Source of the DNA: Neoechinorhynchus agilis
Taxonomy: Eukaryota; Animalia; Acanthocephala
Assembly (NCBI GenBank): GCA_051530055.1
Contig: CM121341.1
Span: forward strand, 13,928,784-13,992,783
DNA: 64,000 nt
Direction: 5' to 3'
In this document: one piece after another, positions 1 to 12,837 of the stretch
Layout: every line of letters starts with the position of its first letter
Position numbering within the stretch: position 1 is the stretch's first letter
The notes under the pieces: model-generated
Databases searched by the model: none
Seen by the model: only the letters and a program-made list of their open reading frames with translations
What the model was told of the DNA's origin: nothing
Program-made: the position numbers and the translations under genes

Positions 1-807
1 ATAGGCGGTCTTGATTCTCAAATACAGGAGATAAAGGTACCTATTTTTAAAGTTTCGAATTTCCGATATTTTCTTTAGGAATCGGTTGAGATTCCTCTCA
101 CCCACCCTGAATACTACGACGATATGGGCATACGTCCACCAAAAGGCGTTGTTTTATACGGTGCACCAGGAACCGGCAAAACCTTATTGGCCAAAGCTGT
201 AGCCAATCATACGTCAGCAACATTTATACGTGTTGTTGGCTCGGAGTTAATTCAAAAATATCTCGGCGATGGGCCCAAAATGGTTCGAGAACTGTTTCGA
301 ATAGCAAAGCGATACTCTCCATCCATTGTGTTTATCGATGAAATCGATGCAGTTGGTACTAAACGGTACTCCTCAAATAGTGGCGGCGAGCGGGAAATTC
401 AACGTACAATGCTCGAACTTCTTAACCAATTAGACGGCTTCGACTCGGATGGTGACGTAAAGGTGATTATGGCTACAAATAGGATTGAGAGTCTGGATCC
501 TGCTCTCATAAGACCCGGACGAATCGATAGAAAGATAGAATTTCCACTTCCTGACGAAAAAACAAGGAGAATGATCTTTAAAATTCACACAAGTAGAATG
601 ACGCTAGGTGAAGACGTAGATTTTGATTCGTTCCTTCTAAGCAAAGACGATCTTTCAGGAGCTGACATTAAAGCGATATGCACAGAGGCAGGTATGTTTG
701 CATTGAGGAAACGCCGGATGAAAGTTCTCATTGATGACTTTACGAAAGCAAAAGAGAGATTACTTTATAGAAGAAAACAAGGTTTTCCGGAAAGTTTGTA
801 TATGTAA
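1..807 (+). CDS. PSMC1: 26S proteasome AAA-ATPase regulatory subunit 4 (Rpt2), 3' part; 42-bp intron at 37-78
   Basis: [12 protein letters not shown]|[33 protein letters not shown] (Walker A), FIDEID (Walker B), [23 protein letters not shown]-terminal ESLYM; GT-AG intron restores the frame. Confidence 0.95.
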
Positions 808-1099
808 TAGTGTACACAAGATAATTTAAATAAATTCATTCGAATAGAAATAACGCGGTTATTAGCAAGTCGTAATTTCACATACGCATGTGTAATGATC
901 TTCAGTGCAATCTCTTAAAATAATGAATTTTAGTAAAATATCAAGTACTCACTCAATTGCTTAAAATATTTCACTTTTATGAAAATGGCATGATGGTTAT
1001 AGTGTTTCAAAGACTATCCAGTAAAAAGCATAAACAGTGCGAAGAAAACTATATTGTTGGCTAATACGTAAAGATAGTCTAACAAATCTACGTGCTTAT

Positions 1100-1490
1100 A
1101 GAAAGCTACTTGTCCCATTTAGGCAAAATCGCCTTTCCATGGAATATCTAGACGTCTAAAAGCCTCCTTCCACAATGCATTTGCCTTCTTCATTCCCTTT
1201 TCTCCGCCGGTCTGAAGGAAGAATGGAATGTCTAACGAGAAGTAGGAAAATGTTATTGACATAAAGAAAGTTCACTTACATTTAGTTATGTGCTTGATGG
1301 GAATTTTATTTTCCTTAAAATAAAGTATTTGTTGGCATAGAACCTCGATGTGATCTTTGGGCGGTTTAAGAAGCTCAGCAATCTCATCAGACATTTTGCC
1401 ACCAAAAGGAATCACTGCAGGTACGAGCATTATGAAGAGTAATGGAAAGAACATGTTGTCGAATGTATGTGAGATACTGATCGCAATCAA
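1100..1490 (-). CDS. Unidentified spliced coding fragment next to the RTE remnant
   Basis: ORF 1272-1490 plus a possible downstream exon (LDIPFFLQTGGEKGMKKANALWKEAFRRL); family not recognised. Confidence 0.2.
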
Positions 1491-1517
1491 TCGTATATAG
1501 TTAGAAAACGGTTAATC

Positions 1518-4500
1518 TTACACCTTTTTTGGCTGGGTCAAAACGACCTCGTTTTCCGTTACAAAGACAACAAACACGGGATTTCGTACGATGATTAAGT
1601 ACATAAACAAATTTTTATCGACAAAGTCAAGCGCGATGTTTGCAGGAGAAGTGTACCAATAAGTTCGGTATTGTATTGTATGCAACGGTACTTTCCTACG
1701 TTGCACCGTAGGTATAAGCCCGTCAGATAGAAATAGACTCCGCAGGGGGCCCGTGAACTGCAGTCGTCTGCGGCGCAAATATTCACTGGGCGGTTGGACT
1801 CCGGCTCTCTTATACAGCGCTTTGTTGGTCACTTTATCTGACCATTGGCCTTGAACGCCGCACGTAAGAGAGATGAATGATTTTGGTCCAACTGCCTCGT
1901 CGCCGTTGGTGACAGTGTCCAGGTCTCTGCATTGTAGTAGAGAATGCTCTCAATTAGAGCCCTGAACAGCTGCGAACGGAGTTCATCTGACAAAGACTCA
2001 CTGTCAAACAGTGGTTTAAGTTGCCCCATTGCTCTCCAAGCCATAGCTCTCCGTCGGCTGACATCCGCACTCATTTCAGGAACGACAGCTCCCAGATAGA
2101 CATACCGCTCTATCTGTTTTAATTGCCCAACGCCATTCGGCCCTTCGCCAGAGACTGTATGCGCGACATGCGGAATCGTCAAGAATTCCGTCTTTTTCGA
2201 GTTGATGGTCAGACCAATCATACTCGCCTTCTCGCACAGTCTATTTAGCATGCGTTGAGCTCCTTCGACTGTTGAGGACATCAATACGATGTCGTCGGCA
2301 TTTGCCATGTAGGAGGCGCGTATCTCAGGATACCTGCGACCTCTTTTCCTCAACAGAAGAAATCCATCTTCATCATTCGGTAGTGCCCATCTCATTACCC
2401 AATCAAGCACCAAAATGAAGAGGAAAGGAGCCATTGTGTCGCCCTGCAGAACACCTGAAGTGGTGGAAAAGTATTCTGTCACACCGTCAGCTGTCTTTAC
2501 GGCGGACCTTGTGTGTTTATATAATGCCATAACGGATGTGACAATGATCGGCGGCACTCGATACTCCAATTTAACTTAGCGATAATCACTCAGAAAATTG
2601 ATTTATATTGAAAATTTTCGGCCTTTTCGTTGGCCTTCTTCAGTCAGATCTACAATGCTTGTAAGTTTTTAAATATTCGAGTTTAAAACTTACAAGCATT
2701 GTAGATCTGACTGAAGAAGGCCAACGAAAAGGCCGAAAATTTTCAATATAAATCAATTTTCTGAGTGATTATCGCTAAGTTAAATTGAAACAATAATGAT
2801 TAATTTCTTTACAAACTCGATACTCCTTTAAGATACCGCCAATCATCGTTCGATTTACCGAATCGAAAGCTCGACGGAAATCAACAAATACCTGCGTCAC
2901 ATGCGTTTGATGAATTCGTGCCTCCTTGAGGATCCTCCTCAAAGCCAATATGTGCTCTGTGGTGCCTCGACCTTTCCTGAAGCCGTTCTGTTCAATTCTT
3001 AGAAACGGTTCGAGGATTGGCTGAATTCGGCGTCTCAAAATGCTGCTGAAAAGTTTTGCCGTGTTGGACATCAAGGATATACCTCTGTAGTCCACCACCT
3101 TTGTCGAGCAGCATTTCTTGAGGATCATTGTTAAATGCGCCGTTTTGTCAGATTTGAGGTATTGAGCCACCATTCATTATGCCATTCATTATCGGTATGA
3201 TTTTTCTGGCAAAAGATTCAAACCTCAGTCCCTCTGCCATTATCCCACCTGGGCCTGATGCACGTCCCGCACGCATCATTTTCGCCGCAGCGATCGCTTC
3301 CTTCACGAAAATCGGCCCAGTGAAGTATGCCTCAGTGCTTGGGACGATTGTGCCCTTTGGAAGTGCAGGACTCACTTCCAAAGACGATAATGGCGAATTG
3401 AGAATTTCCGCAAAATAATTTGCGAGTCTCTTTTTTCTGATTTCCGGGGAGAGACCTTCAATCAAAGTTGGCTGTCTTTGGGATCTTCCTGTGAGAGTGT
3501 CTATCGCTTTCCATGCTAAGGAGGTACGAACAAAACCTTCCTTATATGCGATCCCGCGAACTGCATCCTCTATCGAGCCTTTTGCTTTTCATTATAGAGG
3601 TTCGCAAGTTCAAGACTTGCAATGCGAGCCTAAAATCGTTTTCCTCTTTTTCTTAGAGTTTTGATCTGCTCAGCCATTGCCATAAATTCACAGTCCTCCT
3701 GCCATATAACCTTTGCAGCTCTTATACGCCTCATTTTTGGGAGGGTTTTCTCGGCCGCTTCGGTCACTGCGTCGCAGATTGACTTGTAATAAAAATCAAT
3801 ATCCGTTTCAGCAGGTGGCATCGAGCTCAGTTGATTCTCTAGTTCGATATCGAACTCTTTCCTCTTATCCTCATTAGCGAGGGCGCCATAGAACGGGCGT
3901 GGATGATGTTGAGGCGTACGGAACAACGAGTCGTTCATGCTCAACTGACACATCACCAACTTGTGCGGTTTTGACCCGATATTTTTCCCTACGTCTCAAC
4001 AATATATGGTCAAGCTGAGCTAAGCGTCTCTTGGGATTTTTCCCCATGGCATGTTTGGACGGATTCTTTCGACCCATAAACGCCGCCAAACGTCACGGAC
4101 GCTTCCGGAATAAAGTGTTAGCAGACACGAGATCATGCCGCTCCAGCGCCTCAACCAAGCACCGGCTGTTCCGATTCTCGCCTTTCAACACATATAGCGA
4201 TCTTTCGGAATGCGGTAAAATCGTGTTGAAGTCACCGGCTATTAGGAGGGTGTCTCTGTTCGGTACATCATCTAATGCTTCGTCTAGATTTCCATAAAAT
4301 CCTTCAACCGCCTCTTCATCCGACGAGGAGGTCGGTGAATGTACGCCAAAAGCATAGAGATTTCTCAACCGAAGCTTTATGCTGACACGAAGGATTCAGT
4401 CAGTTATAGTACTGCATAGTGCTGAGTTTCGGAGGCGGGGTGATAAACAAACGCCTACACCTCCATTTCCTCGACTGTCCGCGCAGATAGGCAAGATAAT

Positions 4501-5100
4501 GACCAGCCTCCTCCTAAATCCTCCTGATTTACGTCTGTGTCTAACTGGCCTCTTATGCGCAATTCTTGTAAAAACACAAAATCCATTCTGGCGTCCCTTG
4601 CCAATTTTGCCAGGATTCCCATGCGCCATTGCGCTCACAGACTCCTACAATTCAAGGATCCTATTCGTAGTCCTTTTCTATCTGAAATAGCTGGGCCAAA
4701 GGGCTCACGGCTGTCAGCGCCACCTGAACAGTCCGTACTCACCACGGTGATGAGCTTCGACTGACGCTTTCGTTGCCTCCGGCGACAGTTTCGCTCATTT
4801 CGACGCTCAAGTCGTCGGCGAGAGCTATGATGCGCTCGCTTTTTCCCGTTGCACTGGTGGATTTTGTTGTTATTGTTCGGTGCCGCATCATCAAGTGGAG
4901 CGACACATCAACCCCGCGTTGACAGGCTACTATCAGTAGCTGTCTGGCCGCCGGAGCAGCTTCTTTTACGTGACCGACAAGAATCAGTAACATCAAGTCC
5001 GATCATCGTGAAAGAAAGTTTGGGACTGAGGTGCGTTTCCGCAGACCATGCGAGTGAGAGTTCAAGCCACAGAACTGCTCAACAAGTGGGACGACGCCAC
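1518..5100 (-). mobile_element. Decayed RTE-like non-LTR retrotransposon (APE endonuclease + RT), interrupted by a PLE-derived hairpin insertion
   Basis: APE motifs GNGGVGVCLS, LIAGDFN, LDHIL; RT motifs YRGISL, QNGFRKGR, FVDFRRAFDSV, GVLQGDTMAPFLF, ANADDIVL; C-terminal LRRRRLQF; many stops and frameshifts. Confidence 0.88.
2568..2814. mobile_element. Palindromic PLE pLTR-derived mini-insertion (family A) with two hammerhead cores and a 12-bp TSD
   Basis: 103-bp inverted arms 2567-2669/2685-2787; core CTGAAGA-A-GGCC-AACGAAAA-GGCC-GAAAATTTTC at 2711-2744 (+) and 2610-2643 (-); ACTCGATACTCC at 2556-2567 and 2815-2826. Confidence 0.85.
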
Positions 5101-5139
5101 CTTAACGCACTTCACAACTCCGCGTGCTTTTGTAGATTT

Positions 5140-5168
5140 CTGAAGAAGTCGTAAGACGTCGAAAGCTT
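5140..5168 (+). ncRNA. Hammerhead-like motif (family E), stem II imperfect
   Basis: CTGAAGA-A-GTC-GTAAGAC-GTC-GAAA-GCT-T; palindromic AGCT stem III; related to 62783-62811. Confidence 0.45.
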
Positions 5169-5624
5169 GAAAATATTGATTTTTCTTTATATCTACAACA
5201 GCCCACGTAAGTGTCAATAAAAAACCTGATCGATCATGCGGCTGGAAAATCAAGTAGTACTTCACAAGGTTGCAATAGTTATATGCCGACCTTTGTCGAG
5301 CGACGTATTTTTAAATCGATTGATGTCACGGTATTGAAACAGATATTGATAAATCGCGATTTAATATTGTGATGTCTGACTACAATATTAGAAGCAGTTA
5401 CCAAAGATTGCATTCAGAATTACGGGTAAACGCTGGTGACCATTACAGAAAATAAATTTCCAATTGAGAATTAATGAGTGCGGCAAAAGCGGCTTGGCAT
5501 AGATATAGATTAACTTCGGATATCCATTTCTGAAACGGTTGATTTGTGCAACAAAAAAATTAAATTAAATATAATCTCAAGCATTTCCCTTTTCCACGAC
5601 TAAAATTTTAATTTAAAACATCAA

Positions 5625-8549
5625 TCATCTTGGTTTAGCAGGGTTTATCGCTTTTGTGGACGTCGGAGGAGCAAATAACACTTTTCTGGATAGTCGAACT
5701 AGGCCACTGACAGCATCAATTCCAAAATATTTCACTTGAATTTTTTGACCGCATTGAAATCCAAGAGCACTAACGTGTTCCACACGTCGGTGGTCCAGTT
5801 GAGACGATGGTAGAAACACCGGTTTTTCGGTCCCATAAATGGGTATACCATCTCTTTCAAGAAGGACATAAACCCCGTTTGCTTTAATATCCAAAATGCA
5901 GGCCTCGTATATTTGTCCAAACTCCAAATTTTCCCTCTTATCATCTTTAGTGAGAATGTCTTCGATTAACTGTGTAGCCAACGCCATGGCGTGTGGATTC
6001 GGGGCGAAAATATTGAAAGATGTCTCATTGACGGTTGTGATTTGAACTCCAGACAAAGCTTGAAGACGATTAAGATTATGACCTCCCAGACCAACAAACT
6101 CAGATCTTTTCGTTAAGGGCACAACGATGTCCTTTACGATAGGCTGATTCTTATTTCGTGGAGCAGTACGAGGTTCCTTGATACAAGCCCGCATTTTATC
6201 CAAAATTTGAACTCTCGCTTCTTGAGCTTCTTTTAAAATGTTTTCTATAGTTTCCATTCCTATCCCATTCGATGTTTTCACATCAAGTTGAATCGCTGTT
6301 ATATTTTCATCGTCTCCAGATATTTTACAGTCCATATCACCAGCGTGGTCTTCCATACCCTGAGAATGATTTCATTGAAGTATTACAATTAATCCCTGCG
6401 ATGTACCCAAGTGACCCTAGCCGCATTCGGTGGAATTTAAACCAGTTGCGCTGTCCTCAAAGAATTTCCAGATTAACTCCTATTTTTTATTTAACTATGC
6501 AATTTCCAACTTACATTAATATCTGTGAGTATGATTGGGTCGTCACTAAAATCCCCATTCTGCATAAGTCCCATTGCAACGCCAGCGACATGCCGTTTCA
6601 TTGGTACGGCTAAATTCAAAATCAGCAAGGAGTTTAAAAAAAGGGAAAAATACCTCCATCCATTAGACACAAGCTTCCTGCACATACCGCTGCCATTGAA
6701 GAAGATCCATTTGATTCTAGGACTTCGCAAAGAACGCGTGCGCATAAATTAAAATCCGATGGAAAGCTTGGTCGTAATGACCGTTCAGCTAGTGCGCCAT
6801 GACCGATCTCCCGTCGATTTGGCTTCCCGGACCCCCGTTCACCTGGATTTCCGGTTGAATATGGAGCGAATTCATAGTGAAGCACGAGTGGTGGTGGGAG
6901 GGATGGAATCCTCATGCTTAGCGCTCCATGCCGAGGTCGAGAAAACCTGTATTCTGTTGAGCTGAATTGATGTTGAATAAAACTATTAAGCGAGTCGAGA
7001 GTGAGAGTGGCCAATACTTGTGTTTGACCGCGCTGAAATACGGAACAGCCGTGAATGGCACCGTTAAACATTCCCACTTGGCAATTGATTGGCCGCAATT
7101 GTTTTCGATCCGTTCGCCCATCACAGCGACGTCCTGAGTATGTACTTTGTCTTAATAGCTGTCGTTCTCAACCAGCCAAAATTAATCAGAACATTTTGCA
7201 TAATTTGTCAGACAATTCTCGAAAATGACTCATTGCGACTTTTCTGTATTCTCACGGTGATCTAACGATCTAGTAACCTGGTAGATTCAAGCAACCGTCA
7301 GTTGCTCCAAAATTTGGGGTACCTCAAGTCACCGGCACAGATGAGAACTCAGGATCACAGCTTCTTTACTAGCCAAATCAAAAACGTCTGCATTGACAGA
7401 ACCGGCTACTTCCCTCATTGCTTTCATAATGGCTGTCTTTTCCACGGGGCCACCGTGGCAAAATACACGACCTGTGAGCATCTCAACTACTTCGTTAACT
7501 TCAACAGAACTTTCTTCATCCATTTCACGATTCTTGACACGGCTCAAACCGCCTATTTTCTCACTTATCCGCACAGCTTCTTCCCTTCCCATTTCAATAG
7601 CCTCCAATAAACGTGAGTGAGAAACAAAATCGGCTTTTACTTCGAGCATGAGGATTCGCCCCAACGCGTTAGTTGTAACAATTACGTCCAAATCAGTACC
7701 AGGAGTAAGTGGAGAGATTTCAAGGTCGCCATCACGACTACCACATACTCTTACACCGGCCACAGGTTCAGTCACGGGGACCTCAGGGCTATTAAACAGG
7801 GCGGCAGAGGCTATAAGAAACCTAGGATTAATCGCTTGAACCGCAACACTCACCTGCATTTATTAAAATTATTGTCGGATCGCATTGAAGAAAATCCATA
7901 GATAACAGGTTGCAATAGAGATTCAAAGATTTCTTAAACGTTCTTGGAATTACGGGACGCAACGAGCGGTCTAACGAGATTTATACGCGCAATCTATTGT
8001 CGAAGTTTGGGCTTACCAATCAGGCGAGAAATCAATATATCAGTGTTCGATGAACTATCACGTCGCATTGGCGACGAGGGAGCTCTTCCGAATGCAGATG
8101 ATTTGCTTCGAAAGTTAACTGTTAGACCTGCAAAACCATCCATCGTTTCGGTAGTGTCAACAGAGCAAACGACTAATGCTGCATTTGAACCTAAATTTAA
8201 TTCTATGAATTATCTCCTATATTAGACATAATTTTGTAGTTGAAATACTTTAGCCGAGGGCAATAGCAGTGTCTAGCAATAAAGGCGACAAGTAAAAATC
8301 TTTCAAGTAAGGATTATATCCATGAGATAAAGTAATTTAAGGAATATTACATCGAATCGCAATCTTATCAATTTGATGCGGTGGGAAGGTAGGTAATTTC
8401 ATACCTAGACGAGCGAGAACGGATCCATCTGAGAGGGTTGCCATCTTATTAACTTCAAATTGAAACTCATTCGAAGGAGTTTCGCCTTTTCCGGTAATGG
8501 TGCATAATCGACAAATATAAGGACGAATTCTCGAAGGTTTTAGAATCAT
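5625..8549 (-). CDS. PNPT1: Mitochondrial polynucleotide phosphorylase, multi-exon
   Basis: Transit-like N-terminus, KMATLSDGSVLARLG, ISRLIDRSLRP, RREIGHGALAERSLRP, EVLESNGSSSMAAVCAGSL, EDHAGDMDCK, KH- and S1-like C-terminus; ~43-46-bp introns join the frames where traced. Confidence 0.9.
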
Positions 8550-8678
8550 ATCGAAAATTGGAGGTCATCGAAGTAAGAGAGAGTTACAAAGTCGATAGAA
8601 TTTAATTAAATTTATTATTAATGCTTATATTCCAACTAAGCATAATAGCGCATCAATCGTGATGCTTTAAGGACCACG

Positions 8679-11309
8679 TCAATCGGGTTTTTCTATTCCA
8701 CTGAGGAGATTTCTTAGAATAGCAGCATCCTCTGTCGCACTGTCATCATCACTGGTCGAAATTGTCGGAGAAAGTTCACTTTCGATCATTCGTAGCCTGT
8801 AAGAAGTATGTGAGTGTGGAGTTAGTGACCAAATAGAAAACGCAAATTGTGTCGAATAAAATCAAATTGAAAAGATGATACTCGTTTTAGAGATGCAAAA
8901 TTTTCTTATTAAAAATCTCCGAATGAAAAAAAAGAGCAATACCATAGATTTCGAAATAAAAATACAGACGCAAAATATTTAGCCGAAGATAATGGTACAG
9001 TTACGGTAGCCGATAGCGAGCCACACCCGCGGTTAAATTAATGATAAAAAACAATATTTTAACTGGTAACTAAAGGAATACAATATTGGTAAACATGATC
9101 AGATTATAGGAATATTAGGCGCACCTATAAACAGAAATAAGAATAAACTACAGAGTAAAATAATGTAAGTTCACCGCTTGAAACTAGTTTACCATTTGCA
9201 AGACGAAATAGCGCTCTCGTATATATCTTCAATGCTTCTCCTTTCCAAGATTTGTTTTGACTGTAAAACTTTTCTCAGTTCAATAAGTAAGTGCTGAAGA
9301 GTATCTCTGGTCCGCTTATGATTGAAAAACTCAACCTTACACCGTTCATTAGCCTCAAAAACGTCATCTTCGAGCTGCCGGATTCTACGATCTGCAACGC
9401 ATCGAAGCTCATAATCAAGATTATCATCGTTGATTCTCAGCCGCTTTCCATTCCGCGGACGATTGAATTTCTCATCGTCCGGAATAGGAACCATTTGTAG
9501 TTGACATGCTGGACTTGAGTAATGGAGACTAGGCTGCCATTCGAACTATGTGGACTCAGATGCTATCGGTCATGAAAAGGATTTGCATCCAAAGTTACCT
9601 TTTGCTTTAACACATTTTGTCTTCGCTGTAACTGACAAACGAGTTCAGCCACCAGACGCTCGTTCAGTCCATTAAATCTGACATCGATCAATGAAATCTT
9701 AGTGTTTCGTTGGATGAGAGCTTCGATTGCAGACCAGATTTGATCAGTAAGTGAGCATTCATGTATGTCGACCGCTCGAATCCACGAATCGGTCTCAAGC
9801 GATCTACAGAGTTTAAAAAATCCTTTAACTCCTATCTGCGGATTTCGGGATAAATTTATTCGTCTAAGGCCGGGCATTGCTCGTTCAACGGTCGGCATAT
9901 GGCATCGACTGATGTTGTTCGATCGCTTGTGGTTTTGGCGCTGTGGCACGAAGCATTTAAATGAGTTTATAAAGATTATGGGAAATATCGCAAAGACGTG
10001 ATCCGAGTCTCCGCTAAAGCCACAATGAAGCCCAAACTACAGAAAAATGAAGAGAATTTATACCCGGATAAAGCATACTTTATTCAAATATTTCACGTAG
10101 AAGACTAACTGTGGATCCTCTGAGGATCTAACGATTGTTGATGCTTTCTCTTTCGAAATATTTCAATAAAATATTTTCTATCCGGAGATTATGATAACAA
10201 CATCTCCAAAACTATCATCCCGAAGGACGTTCTCGATGATTAAAAAAGTATACCTTCAACAAGCTTATGATCGCACTAATTGTTTTATGATTGATACCGC
10301 ACTGAACAAAAGCAAGATTTGTCAAAGTTGATAACCGAAGCGCTTTACATATAGCTACGAAGAGAAGGGTTAAGGAATAGAAACCTTTTATAAACTAAAC
10401 GTACCATGAATATCGCTTTCTGACAGCCGACAATTTTCAATCCATAAATTCCTCAGAGAATCGTTTCGACTTAGTGATTTTACGAATTTGTTGGACTTTA
10501 AAAAGTTCACATGCAGCACAAGGTCGCCCAGGTTCTTCAAGTACAAATGAGTCAGAGTCATTGAATTCCACAAATGAACCGAAACGGCTTTCATCAACTT
10601 TTGACAAATTATTTGCTTTCCACGTTCCTCTATTTAAATTTTTTGTTGTTGGATAAAATTAATCGAATTTGTACTTTAAGCGACGTAAGTGTAAAAATAT
10701 GAATATCTTTGATAAAATTGTGAATGACCGCAAAGCCTAAAAACAGTTTGTCCGACTATATTTAGTAATTAAAGATTGCCTTTTGAGTATTCCTCGATCC
10801 ATAGTAAAGTTCTAAGAAATTCTGATTTTGACGAAAATCAAACCAACAAGGACAATTTCTGCAAAAAAACACGGAAACGAACCACGGTCAAAGATTCCTG
10901 GAACCTTTGCTAAGTTAAGCAGACGAAAGAACCCAGAGGACGGCAGTGGAGCATTGCGACGCATAAAGACGTTTTGGTTACCTTCGTCATCGGTGACATT
11001 GTCCCCCGGGCCATGGAGTACCTTCATCGGTCTGTTCACAATGCCGATTTCTCGCAGACTGTCGCAATTGGCCAGAGCTTCGAGCACTGGCGACCACTGC
11101 TCCTCCCTTTTTATGAACGTTATTCCGACTCTGACCGATTGATCTTACTTGAGGAGATTGAGATCGAGTTCAACACAGACTTCGTTGTCAATTGCTTTAC
11201 GGACTCGACTCGAGCAGGCAATTCCCGATTGAAAACATGCTTGTTCGTACAATTGCCAAAATCCACGGCCATTCATTATTAGACACGGTTTTCGATTTCC
11301 AGCTCTCAT
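8679..11309 (-). CDS. CEP78: Centrosomal LRR protein CEP78-like, multi-exon
   Basis: MPGLRRINLSRNPQIG..LETDSWIRAVDIHECSL..NTKISLIDVRFN resembles the CEP78 LRR block; N-terminal FWQLYEQAC and WSPVLEAL; coiled-coil tail; last exon 8679-8796 inferred by phase. Confidence 0.72.
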
Positions 11310-11652
11310 TTAAGGAAGCGATAAAATCTCTAATGGTCGCAAACCAAGGCGTTGTCGACAGCGAGGACGTGTACTTCTTAGTCAAGGATGTGCAACAATA
11401 GCGACATTTGTTTACCCGAATTAGAAATCCCTGTAAAATATACGTAATTCTATATTGTAAAACCGTCGTTGCACTTGCAACTCATTGTGTGCATAAACGT
11501 CGGACGAATTGAGTACAATTTCCAGGGGTTTTCAATGAAACTAACCAGCTAAATTGATGAAGATTAAGAATTTCGAAGTGTTTTCCATAAACAAAATTAT
11601 ATTTTGATGAATTCTTTTCATTAGAACGCTCAAACTGAACTTATATAGAGCA

Positions 11653-12075
11653 ATCAAGAGAAAATCCTTCGGGATGAGAGAGAAGTAGTGATCATAATCC
11701 CTGGATAAAACATATTTTCTGTTTTAATAAATCGAGGAACCACGGGAATGCTACTTATCCGAGTCTTACAATGCAAGACAACTAAAACCTTTTTAGATGA
11801 CTGATGAGGCTTCCTCTATCATAACTTCAAAGAAACTAAACATCAAGAGAAAATCCTTCGGGATGAGAGAGAAGTAGTGATCATAATCCCTGGATAAAAC
11901 ATATTTTCGGTTTTAGTAAATCGAGGAACCTCGGGAATGCTACTTACCCGAGTCTTACAATGCAAGACAACTAAAACCTTTTTAGATGACTAATGAGGCT
12001 TCCTCCATCATAACTTCAAAGCAAATAAACATCAAGAGAAAATCCTTCGGGATGAAAGAGATGTGGTGATTATAA
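11653..12075 (+). repeat. ~2.2 tandem copies of a 189-bp pLTR-like unit with decayed hammerhead cores
   Basis: ATCAAGAGAAAATCC at 11653, 11842, 12031; GATGACTGATGAGGC at 11796-11810 is shared with the family-B pLTRs. Confidence 0.8.
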
Positions 12076-12837
12076 TTCGCCCGGATATTACACCACATCT
12101 CCAATTATAACAATCAAAGAGTTTCGACAGTTGTTGGAGACCATTAAATGGCCTCACATCTATATCGTAATGTGATGATGCTTTGCCTCTCTTAATATTT
12201 AGACTAGTATACTCTAATTTAGAGTAGCGATTGCACCATTATGTTTACTTGTCAACTTAAATTTTTATTGTATGCTTTTAATATTATCAGCTTCTTCGGA
12301 ATTTAAAACTTAATTGCCTTTTGTATTCTACAAATTAATTCCCCCGTACTGATTTTTTTACCTCCTTTATTGTCAACTTAAACCCTAAACTTGAAATATA
12401 TCTTTTTGAATCTTTTGCGCATTTGTCTTTGTCGTCTCCATAAACAAGCTTGTTTTCGTTCAATTTATACTAGTTCAGAAAAACATTTCTGCACTTTCAA
12501 CATAAATCGTCGTTTTCTCCACTGCTTTGTCATGTTCATTAAAGGTTTTCACGTTAAAAAACACTTTCTATCGTTGTAGAATCATAGTGGCTGGTATTTA
12601 TGTATCTCTTGCTTTTAAAACTTTCTTAATCACATAGGTTTTTGTTAAAGTTGTATTCTGAACATCTCCAAAGCCGGACCGAAGAGCGTCAGAAAACGGT
12701 GTCTCAAAAATACTCGCTGTTCGTGAATAACGAACTACCCAAACCGACTTCAAACCGGATTTAAGGGAACGACAATTAGGCATTTGTTGTGAACTAATTA
12801 AATGCTTAATCTACAGTCATTGCTAAGGTTTGAGTCT

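Noticed and set aside
2567-2787. CRISPR array or DNA-transposon (MITE) interpretation of the repeated GGCCAACGAAAAGGCC unit
   Set aside because: No spacer-repeat periodicity; the sequence matches the pLTR of a PLE remnant at 25586 and fits an HHR core.
4900-5130. HDV-like ribozyme at the RTE 5' end, as known for some RTE elements
   Set aside because: Could not assemble the nested double pseudoknot by eye; needs a descriptor search.
5732-7901. Numerous 60-110-aa alternative-frame or antisense ORFs overlapping PNPT1 (likewise over other genes)
   Set aside because: Shadow frames of real exons with no independent motifs.
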